Positions 19,603 through 29,561 of a stretch of 64,000 nt of DNA are shown one piece after another (position 1 is the first letter of the stretch; every line of letters starts with the position of its first letter). This stretch comes from Spirochaetota bacterium (lineage in GTDB: Bacteria; Spirochaetota; UBA4802; UBA5368): NCBI GenBank assembly GCA_004297825.1, contig SCSX01000084.1, forward strand, positions 42,862-106,861, in the 5' to 3' direction. The notes beneath the pieces were generated by a model. That model made no database searches and was not told where the DNA came from. It saw only the letters and a list, made by a program, of their open reading frames with translations. The translations under genes were made by a program, and so were the position numbers.

Positions 19603-20628
19603 CGCACGCGTTTCTTTTTTCAAGCGGGCGGTGAACCGCTTGAGGAATTCACGCGCATCGTCCGTCACCACGTAGTCCGATATGCCGTTGATGGGCGCGG
19701 AGGCGTCGTTGTTGATCGATACGATTATCTCCGAATCTACAATGGACGCCGTGTGTTGTATCTGGCCCGATATCCCGAATCCCAGGTAGAGCCGCGGGCG
19801 TATGGTCTTTCCCGTCTGGCCGATCATGCGCTCCTCGCCGCACCACCGGTTGAATACCGGCACCCGCGTCGCGCCGACCTCGCCGCCCAGGACATCCGCG
19901 AGATCGAACAGGCAGTCGAAGCCCTTTTTCGTCCCCAAGCCGCGCCCGCCCGCGACGACGACCGGGGCCTGCTCCAGCGGAACGCGCGGCTTGTCCCAGC
20001 GTGTGGGATTTTCCAAATGCGTGATTTTATAGTTAGAGAGATCGTAGTCGAAGGGGACGCGCACGACCTCCGATTTATTGCCGGGGAGCTCTTTCTTGTC
20101 AAACACCCCCTGCTGGACGGTCGCCATTTGAGGGCGCGCGTGCGGGCAGATGACGGTCGCGATCGCGTTCCCGCTGTAGGCCGGGCGCTTCATCACGAGG
20201 AGCCCCTTCCCGTATTCGTCCGAGTCCATGATCGAGAGCCCCGTGCAGTGCGAGGTGAGCCCGGTGGAGAAGCGCTGCGCGAGACGGGGCGCGAGGTCCG
20301 TTCCCGCCTCCGTGGAGGGAAAGAGCATGATCGAAGGGGCGTGGGCGCGGATAAGCCTTTCGATCATGTCGGGGAATATGGCGCCGTCGTAATGCTTAAG
20401 GGCGCGGTCGCTCGCGCAAAAGATCGCGTCGGGACCGAACCTTTCGATTACGGGAAGGTACCGCTCGGCGTCGAGCGCGAAGACGAGCGCGCACAGCCGG
20501 GACCCGAGCGTATCGGCGAGCGCGCGGCCTATGGTCAACAGCTCGCAGGAGCCCTCCAGCACGCGCTCGTGGTCCTGGATCTCGGCGAACACCCAGACGT
20601 CTTTTCCGTTATGTGCCATTGGTTTCAA
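19597..20628 (-). CDS. etfA: Electron transfer flavoprotein alpha subunit
   Basis: RPAYSGN..ATV, RPQMATV, VVAGGRG, IGQTGKTIRP.LY...GISGQIQH. Confidence 0.92.
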   Translation of the reverse strand: MKPMAHNGKDVWVFAEIQDHERVLEGSCELLTIGRALADTLGSRLCALVFALDAERYLPVIERFGPDAIFCASDRALKHYDGAIFPDMIERLIRAHAPSIMLFPSTEAGTDLAPRLAQRFSTGLTSHCTGLSIMDSDEYGKGLLVMKRPAYSGNAIATVICPHARPQMATVQQGVFDKKELPGNKSEVVRVPFDYDLSNYKITHLENPTRWDKPRVPLEQAPVVVAGGRGLGTKKGFDCLFDLADVLGGEVGATRVPVFNRWCGEERMIGQTGKTIRPRLYLGFGISGQIQHTASIVDSEIIVSINNDASAPINGISDYVVTDDAREFLKRFTARLKKETRAV

Positions 20629-21416
20629 TTTCTCAGTAGATTGTGTTTTTTCAGTTTGTGTATCAGACCCTCGATCTTTTCGTCAAGGGTGCCCGGGAGC
20701 GCCTCGCGCCCGCGCGCGTGCGTGAAGAGCTCGGTGCCGATCACCATGGTGGGCGACCCCGCGGCCCCGTACTCGTCAGCGCTCCCGCCGATATCGGACA
20801 ACCCCATGACGGCGATCTCCCTGCCCGTGCAGTTCTTGAGGTCCGCGAGGCGCGGCGCGCGCACCCGGTTCGCGTTCCTGCCGGCCGATACGAGCAGGGG
20901 CAGGGCGACGCGTATCTTCTGGTATTCGTGCCCGTAGAGCCGCTCGACGATCGCGTGCCCGTCCTCGATCCGGATGTCGTGAACCTGCGTGACGTGCGGG
21001 ATGCCCAAAAATTCAGAGAGCTGGTAGCCCACGTGCGCCGTGTTGCCGTCGATCGCCTCGAAGCCGGTCACGACGACGTCGAACGCGCCGAGCTTCGTAA
21101 TGGCGCGCGCGAGTATCTTGCTCGTCACGAGCGAATCGGAACCGGCGAAACACGGACCGCTCACGAGCACGCAGCGGTCCACACCCAGGGCGTAGGCCTC
21201 CGCGAGCACGTCGGACGCCTGGGGTGGTCCCATGCTTATCGCCGTGACGCTCCCGCCGCACGCGTCGCGGAGGGCGAGCGCCGCCTCGATCGCGTGGAGA
21301 TCGTCGGGGTTCGTTATGTTCTCCGCGGACGCGCGGTCGAGCACGCCCGTCTTCGGATCGAAGGACGCGCGGTGCGTGTCGGGAACCTGTTTGATGCAGA
21401 CTATAATTGATAGCAT
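20625..21416 (-). CDS. etfB: Electron transfer flavoprotein beta subunit
   Basis: IIVCIKQVPD, NPDD..AIEAAL, SMGPPQA, DG.TAHVG, GSPT. Confidence 0.92.
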   Translation of the reverse strand: MLSIIVCIKQVPDTHRASFDPKTGVLDRASAENITNPDDLHAIEAALALRDACGGSVTAISMGPPQASDVLAEAYALGVDRCVLVSGPCFAGSDSLVTSKILARAITKLGAFDVVVTGFEAIDGNTAHVGYQLSEFLGIPHVTQVHDIRIEDGHAIVERLYGHEYQKIRVALPLLVSAGRNANRVRAPRLADLKNCTGREIAVMGLSDIGGSADEYGAAGSPTMVIGTELFTHARGREALPGTLDEKIEGLIHKLKKHNLLRN

Positions 21417-21427
21417 GGTGGCTGTTT

Positions 21428-22585
21428 TTAAATCTTCGAAAATTCCTTCACGATCGCGTTGCCGATTATGATTTTCATGACCTCGGAGGTGCCTTCGTAT
21501 ATCTGGGTAATCTTCGCGTCGCGGAAGAAGCGTTCCACCGGGAGGTCTTTTACATAGCCGTAGCCGCCAAACACCTGGAGCGCCTCGGTGCACGTGCGCA
21601 TGGCGACGCCCGACGCGTAGAGCTTGCACATGGCCGATTCCACGGAAAAGGGGAGCCCCTTGTCTTTTAAACATGCGGCGCGGTAGACGAGGAGCCGCGC
21701 CGCGTCGAGCTCCGTGCGCATCTCGGCGAGCTTGAATGAAATTCCCTGGAATGAACCGATAGGCCTTCCGAACTGGGCGCGCTCGGTCGCGTAGGTCGCG
21801 GCGGCCTCGTACGCCGCCATCCCGATCCCCAGCGCCTGCGCCGCAATACCGATGCGCCCGATGTCGAGCGTCTGCATCGAAATACTGAAACCGTCCTCGA
21901 CGCGGCCCAGTACGTTTTCTTTCGGGACGCGCACGTTGCTGAAAAAAAGCTCGGAGACCATGTTGCCGCGCATGCCCATCATGTCTTCGATTTTCCCCAC
22001 CTCGAAGCCGGGCATTGATTTCTCGACTATGAAGATGGCGATGCCGCCCGTCTTCTTTCCGGGGTCCACTGTCGCGCCCACGAGGAAGACCTCGCCGGTG
22101 CCGCCGTTGGTGACGAACGCCTTCTGGCCGTTCAGCACGTAGCCGTCCCCGTCGGGAACCGCGGTCGTACGGATGGAAGCGGCGTCGGAGCCCGCCTGCG
22201 GCTCGGTGATCGTGAAGCCGCCCAGTTTTTTCCCGCGGGCAAGATCCGGTGCGAGGCGCTCGACCTGTTCCGGCGTTCCGAATTTCAGTATCGGCGCGAG
22301 GCATACGGAGTTGTGCACGGTCACGCCCAGGCCCACGGCGGCGCTCACGCGCGAGAGCTCCTCGATTACGATCGCGTAGCTTACCGTGTCGAGGTCCGCG
22401 CCGCCGAACCTCTCCGGCGCCTGTATCCCCCACATGTTGAGGCGCCCCATCTCGCGCACGACCTCCGGGGGAAGCGGCTTCGAATCGCGGTCGAGCGTGT
22501 TCGCCCATTCGTCGAGCGTCCCGGTCGCGAACTTCCGCACACTCTTGCGGATCATGAGCTGGTGCCTGGCAAGGGTGAAATCCAT
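21428..22585 (-). CDS. Acyl-CoA dehydrogenase (butyryl-CoA dehydrogenase-like)
   Basis: ITEPQAGSD, GRIGIAAQALG, RDAKITQIYEGTSEV; directly upstream of etfB-etfA. Confidence 0.92.
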   Translation of the reverse strand: MDFTLARHQLMIRKSVRKFATGTLDEWANTLDRDSKPLPPEVVREMGRLNMWGIQAPERFGGADLDTVSYAIVIEELSRVSAAVGLGVTVHNSVCLAPILKFGTPEQVERLAPDLARGKKLGGFTITEPQAGSDAASIRTTAVPDGDGYVLNGQKAFVTNGGTGEVFLVGATVDPGKKTGGIAIFIVEKSMPGFEVGKIEDMMGMRGNMVSELFFSNVRVPKENVLGRVEDGFSISMQTLDIGRIGIAAQALGIGMAAYEAAATYATERAQFGRPIGSFQGISFKLAEMRTELDAARLLVYRAACLKDKGLPFSVESAMCKLYASGVAMRTCTEALQVFGGYGYVKDLPVERFFRDAKITQIYEGTSEVMKIIIGNAIVKEFSKI

Positions 22586-22821
22586 GACGATAGATATGAA
22601 GGAAGCGCGCCCGGGTCTGTCAAGCAATGAATTATTTTTTTGGGGTTGGGGGCCGATGCGCACTACGGCGGGGAAGAGCGCCTGGGGAAGGAGTGATGAC
22701 GACGAGGAGGACGGGTACCTGGCGGATCGATCATTTTAAAAAAGGGTTGTTTTATTAAGAGCAATATTAAAGTTTTGTACAATGGTGCAATCATAAAATC
22801 ACATATATAAGAGGTGTTGTC

Positions 22822-24228
22822 ATGAAAACGGCCCATGACTTTTTTCACTCTTACCTGTCCGAAAACATATCAGACGCCGACACCCTTGAGCGGATGCGCA
22901 ACGTCATCTCCGAATTCTCAACACGCGCCCCAAAAATCATCGTAATGAAATGTATCGACGGCCGGGTCCATGGGAGCAAGGCCAAGGGCTATCCCCCCAC
23001 CACCGTCCGGTTCGGGCGTACCGACGGCAACAAGGTATCGCTCGATATGAGCAATTTCTGGTACTGGAACCGTATTGACCGGGTCGTCAAGGACGCCCAC
23101 TTCAATACCCCGGAAACGCCGGCCCTCTTCATAGCCTTCATGCACCATTCACCGAAAGGCCACGGCTGCGCCTCGCATAACAGTGACGATGCAGCGGCCC
23201 TTGTATCGGTGGAAGAGCAGGTCGCGGCGGTCCGCAAAACATACAAAGAATCCGAGCTCTACGTCATGGGCGGCGATACCAACACCGACATCATGGCCGA
23301 AACGCTCATCTTTCCCGGCAGTTACCGTATCGATACGGAAAACATCATTCAGTACTGCAATTTAAAAAAACCGCGCGACGTGTTCCACGAGGCGTTCCTG
23401 AAAAACAAAATCGACGATGTCGCTACCTCAAGAAATGTGGACCACAAGACGCCGGATGATCTGCTTAACGGGATCAATCCGGAGTATTTCACAAACTTCC
23501 AGACCTGCCTCAACATGGAAAACTATCTTCTTCGCGAGATTACCACGATGCTCAACAAGGACCGGGGCGATCTCAAGCGGCTCATCCGACCGGACATCCT
23601 GGACTATATCTTCGTAACCCTTGATCGGGTCAAAATACCTAAAACGCTCGTCGGCCCCATCCTCTACCAGGTAATATGGAATATCACGTATGCCCTGTAC
23701 CAGATGAAGCTCGTAGACCACCTCTCGCCGGAAGAGCTGGAACGCCATCTCGATCATGCCGAGGAGCTGGTCTGCTACGGCGACGGGTTCGAGACGCTTC
23801 CGCGCAATAAGGCCGTGCTGGTCAAGACCGGACGGGGGGACGACGTCGATGCGCTTAATGTGTCGATGAATGTGCTTACGAAAAACCGCAAGCGTTATCA
23901 ACAGGACCACAAGCTCCTTGTGCATATAAACATCGAGGTGATGGGCGAGATGATGTCCTGGGACGATTTTAACGATAACGTCGGCTCCCGCATTCTTACC
24001 ATGCGACGGAACGTGGATTTTGTTTTCGGAAACGACGTGGCGATCCTCACATCGTATTCCTACCGCGATCAGAAGCGTTTTTACCCGGTCAAGATTTCCA
24101 AGGACGATGCCCGCATAGTGTACCCCGCGGACGTTATCTCGGAGATCAATTCCTCGCTCAAGTTCAGCAACATTTCGCTTAAGGCCCAGGAGGCCATCTA
24201 TAAAGCGAGTTTTATCGGTAAACTTTAA
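22822..24228 (+). CDS. CsoSCA-like (divergent beta-class) carbonic anhydrase homolog
   Basis: C44-I-D46-G-R48, H108..GHGC116ASH, and C-terminal DHAEELVCYGDGF resembling CsoSCA motifs. Confidence 0.7.
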   Translation: MKTAHDFFHSYLSENISDADTLERMRNVISEFSTRAPKIIVMKCIDGRVHGSKAKGYPPTTVRFGRTDGNKVSLDMSNFWYWNRIDRVVKDAHFNTPETPALFIAFMHHSPKGHGCASHNSDDAAALVSVEEQVAAVRKTYKESELYVMGGDTNTDIMAETLIFPGSYRIDTENIIQYCNLKKPRDVFHEAFLKNKIDDVATSRNVDHKTPDDLLNGINPEYFTNFQTCLNMENYLLREITTMLNKDRGDLKRLIRPDILDYIFVTLDRVKIPKTLVGPILYQVIWNITYALYQMKLVDHLSPEELERHLDHAEELVCYGDGFETLPRNKAVLVKTGRGDDVDALNVSMNVLTKNRKRYQQDHKLLVHINIEVMGEMMSWDDFNDNVGSRILTMRRNVDFVFGNDVAILTSYSYRDQKRFYPVKISKDDARIVYPADVISEINSSLKFSNISLKAQEAIYKASFIGKL

Positions 24229-24255
24229 TGCCTGTTGCCTCATGAATGCGGTTCG

Positions 24256-24287
24256 GCGGGAAGGGCGACGCACACCTCCCTTCCCGC
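24256..24287. terminator. Hairpin between convergent genes
   Basis: GCGGGAAGGG...CCCTTCCCGC 10-bp stem; no clear U-tract. Confidence 0.4.
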
Positions 24288-24321
24288 TGTGTGCCCGGGA
24301 GCAGCCGGGGTACGATCGTAG

Positions 24322-25077
24322 TTACCTTCCCATGAATTTTAAAAGTCCGTTCACCACCGTGAGCGGATGTACTGGACATCCGGGTATGTAGAGATCGATA
24401 TGGTGTTTATCCAGAAATTCGCGATTGAGCGCCGCCGATCCCTGGAATACGCCGCCGGATATCGCGCAACTCCCTGCGAGAATCACCACCTTCGGGTCCG
24501 GTGTGCACATATAGGCATCCTCCAGGGCCGGGGCCATGTTTTCCGAAATTGGTCCTGTGATCAGGATTCCGTCCGCGTGACGCGGAGAGGCTACGAATTC
24601 TATCCCAAAGCGTCCCATATCGAAGTTCGGATTGCCGCAGGCATTAAGCTCCCACTCGCACCCATTGCATCCGGCGGCGGATACCTGGCGAAGTTTGAAG
24701 GAGGCGCCAAACAGCCGTTTTATCTCCTGCCTCGCTTCGATGGCGCCGGAGAGGTACTCTTCCGCGTTTTTTGCGCCGTCCACCACCAGGTAATCCCTCG
24801 ACGTTGACGCGATCTTGTGAAAAGTCGAAAACGTGATCGATTTTTCCGGGCACTCCCGCGCGCAGTCGCCGCAGAAGACGCATTTCCCCAGGTCGATCGC
24901 AAGCGGCCGCGCCGAAATCGCCCCCACGGGGCAGACCTCACGGCACGCGTCACACCTGCCGCATTTCGATCCATCCACGGCGGGGAGCCCTCTGAAGGGA
25001 GGGCGTATCTCGGCCCTGGTCACGTCAGGAATCGCCTGTTCGCCCTGGTTTTTCCTTATTTTCAGCGTATTAATCAT
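24322..25077 (-). CDS. Ehr/Hyf small subunit: 2x[4Fe-4S] ferredoxin fused to NuoB/HyfI-like domain
   Basis: CGRCDACREVCP, CVFCGDCARECP, GCNGCE, SPRHAD, GSCA, PGCP. Confidence 0.88.
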   Translation of the reverse strand: MINTLKIRKNQGEQAIPDVTRAEIRPPFRGLPAVDGSKCGRCDACREVCPVGAISARPLAIDLGKCVFCGDCARECPEKSITFSTFHKIASTSRDYLVVDGAKNAEEYLSGAIEARQEIKRLFGASFKLRQVSAAGCNGCEWELNACGNPNFDMGRFGIEFVASPRHADGILITGPISENMAPALEDAYMCTPDPKVVILAGSCAISGGVFQGSAALNREFLDKHHIDLYIPGCPVHPLTVVNGLLKFMGR

Positions 25078-25087
25078 GGTGCGCTCC

Positions 25088-26578
25088 TTACAGGTCGTTG
25101 CCGCAATACGAAAGATTGAAGCTCTTATTACAGAGCGGAAAGTCGGAGATGCCATTCCCGCGCAGCGCATAGGCCAGCCCGTACCAGTTCTGCAGGGACG
25201 GGTCTTTTATCTTGTATCGGACGATCTTCCCCTTTTTCCCGGTTACGGCGCAGTGTACGATTTCGCCGCGCCATCCTTCCGTCATTGAAACGACCAGGCT
25301 GTCGGAGGGAAGTTTGTGAAGCGGCGAGATGAGCGGCTTATCGTCCGGAAGCCCGTCGAGCTGTTCAAAGATGAATTCGATCGATTGTTTTATCTCAATG
25401 TAGCGCATATAGGAGCGGGCGAAGACGTCGCCGCTGAGCATAGTGCGCTTGTGAACGGGATAAAACCGATATATGCCAAAGGGATGATCGGCCCGCACGT
25501 CGAGTGACACGCCAGAGGCGCGTCCCGCGGGTCCTACAAGGCCCATTTTCGTAGCGGCCTCAAAATCAACCGTACCGGTATGGTCCAGGCGAGAGAGAAC
25601 GCTCGCCATCTCGAACATCGCCTCACCCATGAGCTCCACGTCCCTGGAAACCTTGGTGAGTTTTTCCTTGAATTCCCTGACGTGATCCGGCTTAAAATCG
25701 AAGGCGACGCCGCCCTCGCGCACGAGTCCCCTGCCGAAGCGGCTTCCCGTGAGGCTAAGGAGGGTGTTGATCACCAGGGTGCGGGTTACGCCGAAGACCG
25801 CATTACCCAGCAGATAGGCGACGTCGTTCGCGATCGCGCCGAGGTCCCCAATGTGGATGGCCGCGCGCTCCATTTCCAGCGCAATGGCGCGGATCGCCTG
25901 CGCCCGCCGGCTTATCTCAACGTTCGACAGCGCTTCAATGGCGTCCGCGTACGCGGTGGCGTGACCGATCACCGTATCTCCCGCGATCGACTCCGCGAGA
26001 TGGATGCCCGACCGGTCATAACGCTCGACCATGAGGCGTTCCACACCGCGGTGCTGGTAACCGAGCTGTATCTCGAGATGGTGCACGTCCTCACCCTGGC
26101 ACATGAAACGGAAATGCCCGGGCTCGATCACACCCGCATGCACGGGACCCACGGCTACCTCGTGCACCTCCTCTCCCTTCATGGTGAAGAACGGATAACT
26201 CTCCATCGTTTTCTCATGGTCGGCGCGGTCATGCCCGTAGCGCACCCCCTTGAGCCAGGGATGCCCCTCCGGCGTTATGCCCGTGTCCTCGTAGAACTCC
26301 CGCTCGAAGATATGGAAACGCGGCGCCTCGGGGGTAATTGCCTGGTAACGGCGTTCCCTGCCCATCGCGCCGGATGATATATAAAGCCGGTTTGCTTCGT
26401 CGTCGGCGAGTACCGCGTACACTGTCTCCGTCCTGCCGTTCGGCATTCCAAAGAATGCGACGACCCTTCTGCCCTCGCGGCATCGCCCGACGATCTGGGC
26501 GCGAAGTTCGTCCATTGTCATTTCCGGAATGTCGGCCAGCCTTACAGGCCGATTATTTTTCGTATATATCCATTTCAT
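25088..26578 (-). CDS. Ehr/HyfG-like large subunit (NuoC+NuoD fold) lacking NiFe cysteine motifs
   Basis: GPVHAGVIEPGHFRF, HRGVE, EGWRGE, DPS; ESIAGD in place of RxCxxC; C-terminus DFPLCNKSFNLSYCGNDL in place of DPCxxC. Confidence 0.88.
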   Translation of the reverse strand: MKWIYTKNNRPVRLADIPEMTMDELRAQIVGRCREGRRVVAFFGMPNGRTETVYAVLADDEANRLYISSGAMGRERRYQAITPEAPRFHIFEREFYEDTGITPEGHPWLKGVRYGHDRADHEKTMESYPFFTMKGEEVHEVAVGPVHAGVIEPGHFRFMCQGEDVHHLEIQLGYQHRGVERLMVERYDRSGIHLAESIAGDTVIGHATAYADAIEALSNVEISRRAQAIRAIALEMERAAIHIGDLGAIANDVAYLLGNAVFGVTRTLVINTLLSLTGSRFGRGLVREGGVAFDFKPDHVREFKEKLTKVSRDVELMGEAMFEMASVLSRLDHTGTVDFEAATKMGLVGPAGRASGVSLDVRADHPFGIYRFYPVHKRTMLSGDVFARSYMRYIEIKQSIEFIFEQLDGLPDDKPLISPLHKLPSDSLVVSMTEGWRGEIVHCAVTGKKGKIVRYKIKDPSLQNWYGLAYALRGNGISDFPLCNKSFNLSYCGNDL

Positions 26579-26596
26579 GATTTTACAATCCCCCTG

Positions 26597-28003
26597 TTAA
26601 AGTAACGCCGCGGCTTTCTGGAAAAGGGCCTGCACGAAGAATGGCATGGACACGCCCATGGAGAGCAGAAGCGCAAGGAAGGCGAACTGCGGCAGGTATG
26701 AAAGCACCCCCGCGCCGTGCGCCGCCGGGCCGTCGGTGGAGGCGCCAAAGCTCATCCGCAGCACCGCTTTGCCGATTCCTGCCATGTTGATCGTCAGTAA
26801 AAGGAGAAAGAGGACCATGTGGACGAACATCCCCGCGTCAAACATCGACTTCGCCGCAAGGAACTCGCTCAGGAATATGGGAAACGGCGGGATGCCCACG
26901 ATGCCGGCGAAGCAAAGCATCCAGAGCCACCCCGTTGCGGGTTCGGACCGGAGCAGTCCCCGTACGTCCTCGATCTGCTTGGATTTAAAGCGGTGCAGGA
27001 TATTCCCCGAGGTGAGAAAGAAAGCCGCCTTGGTCAGCGAGTGCGCCGCCAGGTGGAGCATGGCGGCGAAAAGGCCCGCCCCGCCGACCCCGAGGCAAAT
27101 GGCGATGATCCCCATGTTCTCGATGGAAGAATAGGCGAGCATTCGCTTGTAGTTTTTGATATTGATGATGTATACCGCGGAAACGAAAATCGAGATGAAG
27201 CCGATCACGAGCAGAAGGTTGTCTGCATACCATCGCATTCCCGCCAGACTCATGAGCTTGTTAATACGCGCGATACCCAATAATGCCGCATTGAGAAGCG
27301 TCCCCGAGAGGAGTGCCGAAACCGGCGAGGGCGACTCCGAGTGTGCGTCGGGCAGCCAGGCGTGCACGGGGGCGAAACCCACCTTGGTGCCGAACCCCAC
27401 GAGCATTAATGGAAAGGATAGCTTCAGCCAGTAGGGGGTAATATTCCGCGCTCCCGCGTAAAGGTCGTCAAAGAAAAGAGAGCCCGAATCTCCCAGCCCC
27501 ATCGAAAGGACGATGATGCCGACGAATGCCAGGGCGATTCCGATCGAACAAATAAACAGGTATTTCCAGGTCGCCTCGAGCGAGGCCTCCGAATGGCTGA
27601 AATAAATAAGATACGAGCTCGAAAGCGTCGTGGCCTCAACGAAGACCCAGAGGAGCGCGAGGTGCGTGGAAAGAATCACCCCGGTCATGGAGGCGACGAA
27701 AACCAGGATATTCGCGGTAAAAAGCGACTGGCTCTTGGCCGGGGCTTCATTGTTTTTCAGGTAGTCGACAAGAAATACCGCCACCCCGAGGAAGACGACG
27801 GCCAGGACAAGAAGAAAAAGTACGTTAAGATCGTCGATTCTGAAATACGGGGTGAACGATGCCGGGTTGAAATACAACAAAATAGAGACAGCCATGAATG
27901 CCGCCGCATAGGACACCGTCACGATGATATTCAGCGCCTTGTTCCTCACAACGAGAACTACTATAGAAAGCGCTATCGGGAGAAATAGTAAAGTTTCTAT
28001 CAT
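26597..28003 (-). CDS. hyfF: HyfF-like antiporter-like membrane subunit
   Basis: WVFVEATTL, EATWKY, GFGTK.G.AP.HAWLPDAHSE.PSP, KRMLAYSSIE. Confidence 0.85.
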   Translation of the reverse strand: MIETLLFLPIALSIVVLVVRNKALNIIVTVSYAAAFMAVSILLYFNPASFTPYFRIDDLNVLFLLVLAVVFLGVAVFLVDYLKNNEAPAKSQSLFTANILVFVASMTGVILSTHLALLWVFVEATTLSSSYLIYFSHSEASLEATWKYLFICSIGIALAFVGIIVLSMGLGDSGSLFFDDLYAGARNITPYWLKLSFPLMLVGFGTKVGFAPVHAWLPDAHSESPSPVSALLSGTLLNAALLGIARINKLMSLAGMRWYADNLLLVIGFISIFVSAVYIINIKNYKRMLAYSSIENMGIIAICLGVGGAGLFAAMLHLAAHSLTKAAFFLTSGNILHRFKSKQIEDVRGLLRSEPATGWLWMLCFAGIVGIPPFPIFLSEFLAAKSMFDAGMFVHMVLFLLLLTINMAGIGKAVLRMSFGASTDGPAAHGAGVLSYLPQFAFLALLLSMGVSMPFFVQALFQKAAALL

Positions 28004-28007
28004 GGCC

Positions 28008-28643
28008 TTAATCCTTTAATTTCGCGAGCGTGTTGATGTGGGTGTCGGAGTACGAATCCTGCACTTTATTGATGAATAGCCCGAGCAGGTACACGGCGAT
28101 AAAGATGTCCAGGAGCACGCCCATCGCGACGATGAAGGGCATTTCGCGCGCAATGGAAAGCGCCAGGAGAAAAATGCCGTTTTCGAGCATCATGTATCCC
28201 ATTACGTGGGTAATGATTTTTTTGCGCGAGATAATTATGAACAGTCCCGTTACAATAGTGGAGATGGAAATGCCGAAGTAGAAGGGTCTGATATTACTTA
28301 CCGTCCCCGCGGACCAGTAGGCGATGTAGAAACCGGCAGCGAAAATCGCGGTCGTGATCGCGAGGGATGAATGATTTGTTACATAGGGATCAATCTCGCG
28401 GTAGATGCCGTTTTTGCGGATTACATACATGAGAAAGATCGGAATCGCTATGGCCTTGACGACGAGCGTTTCAAATGAAAGGAATATCAGGTTCGGAAGG
28501 TTGGTCGTTCCGTAATCGAACAATACCAGGAGAAACAGGATTACCCCCTGTGCCGCTATCGCCTTGACATAGCTTTCAATGCGCGTGGTGACTGAAACGT
28601 ACAACATGGTGAGTCCGAAAAGTATTATTATGAATTGGATCAT
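28008..28643 (-). CDS. hyfE: HyfE-like membrane subunit
   Basis: VKAIAIP, GY..LENG, GVLLD; start overlaps the hyfC stop. Confidence 0.8.
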   Translation of the reverse strand: MIQFIIILFGLTMLYVSVTTRIESYVKAIAAQGVILFLLVLFDYGTTNLPNLIFLSFETLVVKAIAIPIFLMYVIRKNGIYREIDPYVTNHSSLAITTAIFAAGFYIAYWSAGTVSNIRPFYFGISISTIVTGLFIIISRKKIITHVMGYMMLENGIFLLALSIAREMPFIVAMGVLLDIFIAVYLLGLFINKVQDSYSDTHINTLAKLKD

Positions 28644-29560
28644 TTGATGCCTCCCGCAATAAAAAGCACAACGGTTGAAATGATGATGGCCGAAATCGCG
28701 GTCATGAAGAGGAGAAACTGCGGCACATGCGTCATGCGCAACCGCGCTGTGACCGATTCGATGGTACCGATGACGACGGCCAGGAGCGCCTGTACGGCGA
28801 TCATTAGGCCCAGGGAAGCCCACAGGGGAAAGGCTGCCGGGATTACGAGGTTCGCAATGAGGGCGCCTATGACGACCATCTTCATGCCCGCCGCGTACAT
28901 GATGAATCCCATGTCGGGGCCGGAATTGTCGAGGACCATCACCTCGTGTATCATAGTGAGTTCAAGGTGGGTATTCGGGTCGTCCACGGGCACGCGGCAT
29001 CCCTCCGCAAGGAGCATGATGAAAAGTGCGATGATCCCCAGTGGCAATACGAGTATGGCCACATCGCCCCCCTTGGCGATTTCGAATATTCGTTCGAATG
29101 ACAATCCCCCGGATATGAGGCCCAGCGAGGCGATGATGATGAAAAATGCCGGCTCCACCAGCGCGGCAAAAGTCACCTCGCGGCTTGCCCCCATTCCCTC
29201 GAAACTCGAACCGGTATCCAGCGCGCCTACGACGGTAAAGAATCTCCCAATCCCGAGAACATATGCGAAGAGGATAAAATCCGCCTCGAAGGATATGACC
29301 GATTTCCCTCCCGCCAGCGGCGCGATGAGCCCAGCCGTAATGACGGCGGCGAACGTTACCGACGGGGCCAGGCGAAAGACGAAGGATGAAGTAGAGCTTA
29401 TCACTTCACCCTTTTTCATGAGCTTCATGAAGTCCCTGAAAGGCTGCATGATAGACGGGCCCTTCCGCCCTGCCCAGCGGGACTTTATTCGATTTATAAA
29501 CCCAAGAAATAAAAAGGGCATTATAAGAAGCAATGCTATGTTAATGATCGTTATCATCAT
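28640..29560 (-). CDS. hyfC: HyfC/NuoH-like membrane subunit
   Basis: GRKGP...QP..D..KL..K, ALDTGSSFEGMGASRE, RVPVDDPNTHLELTMIHEVM. Confidence 0.88.
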   Translation of the reverse strand: MMITIINIALLLIMPFLFLGFINRIKSRWAGRKGPSIMQPFRDFMKLMKKGEVISSTSSFVFRLAPSVTFAAVITAGLIAPLAGGKSVISFEADFILFAYVLGIGRFFTVVGALDTGSSFEGMGASREVTFAALVEPAFFIIIASLGLISGGLSFERIFEIAKGGDVAILVLPLGIIALFIMLLAEGCRVPVDDPNTHLELTMIHEVMVLDNSGPDMGFIMYAAGMKMVVIGALIANLVIPAAFPLWASLGLMIAVQALLAVVIGTIESVTARLRMTHVPQFLLFMTAISAIIISTVVLFIAGGIK

Positions 29561-29561
29561 T

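Noticed and set aside
18898..20937. 679-aa plus-strand ORF crossing the REP repeats
   Set aside because: It overlaps the VOC gene off-frame and etfA/etfB antisense, and its composition is typical of a GC-rich shadow ORF.
20625..22508. 627-aa ORF extending EtfB
   Set aside because: The extension is an alternative frame of the acyl-CoA dehydrogenase. EtfB starts at 21416.
22822..24228. Carboxysome operon
   Set aside because: No Rubisco, CsoS2 or BMC shell genes in the window.
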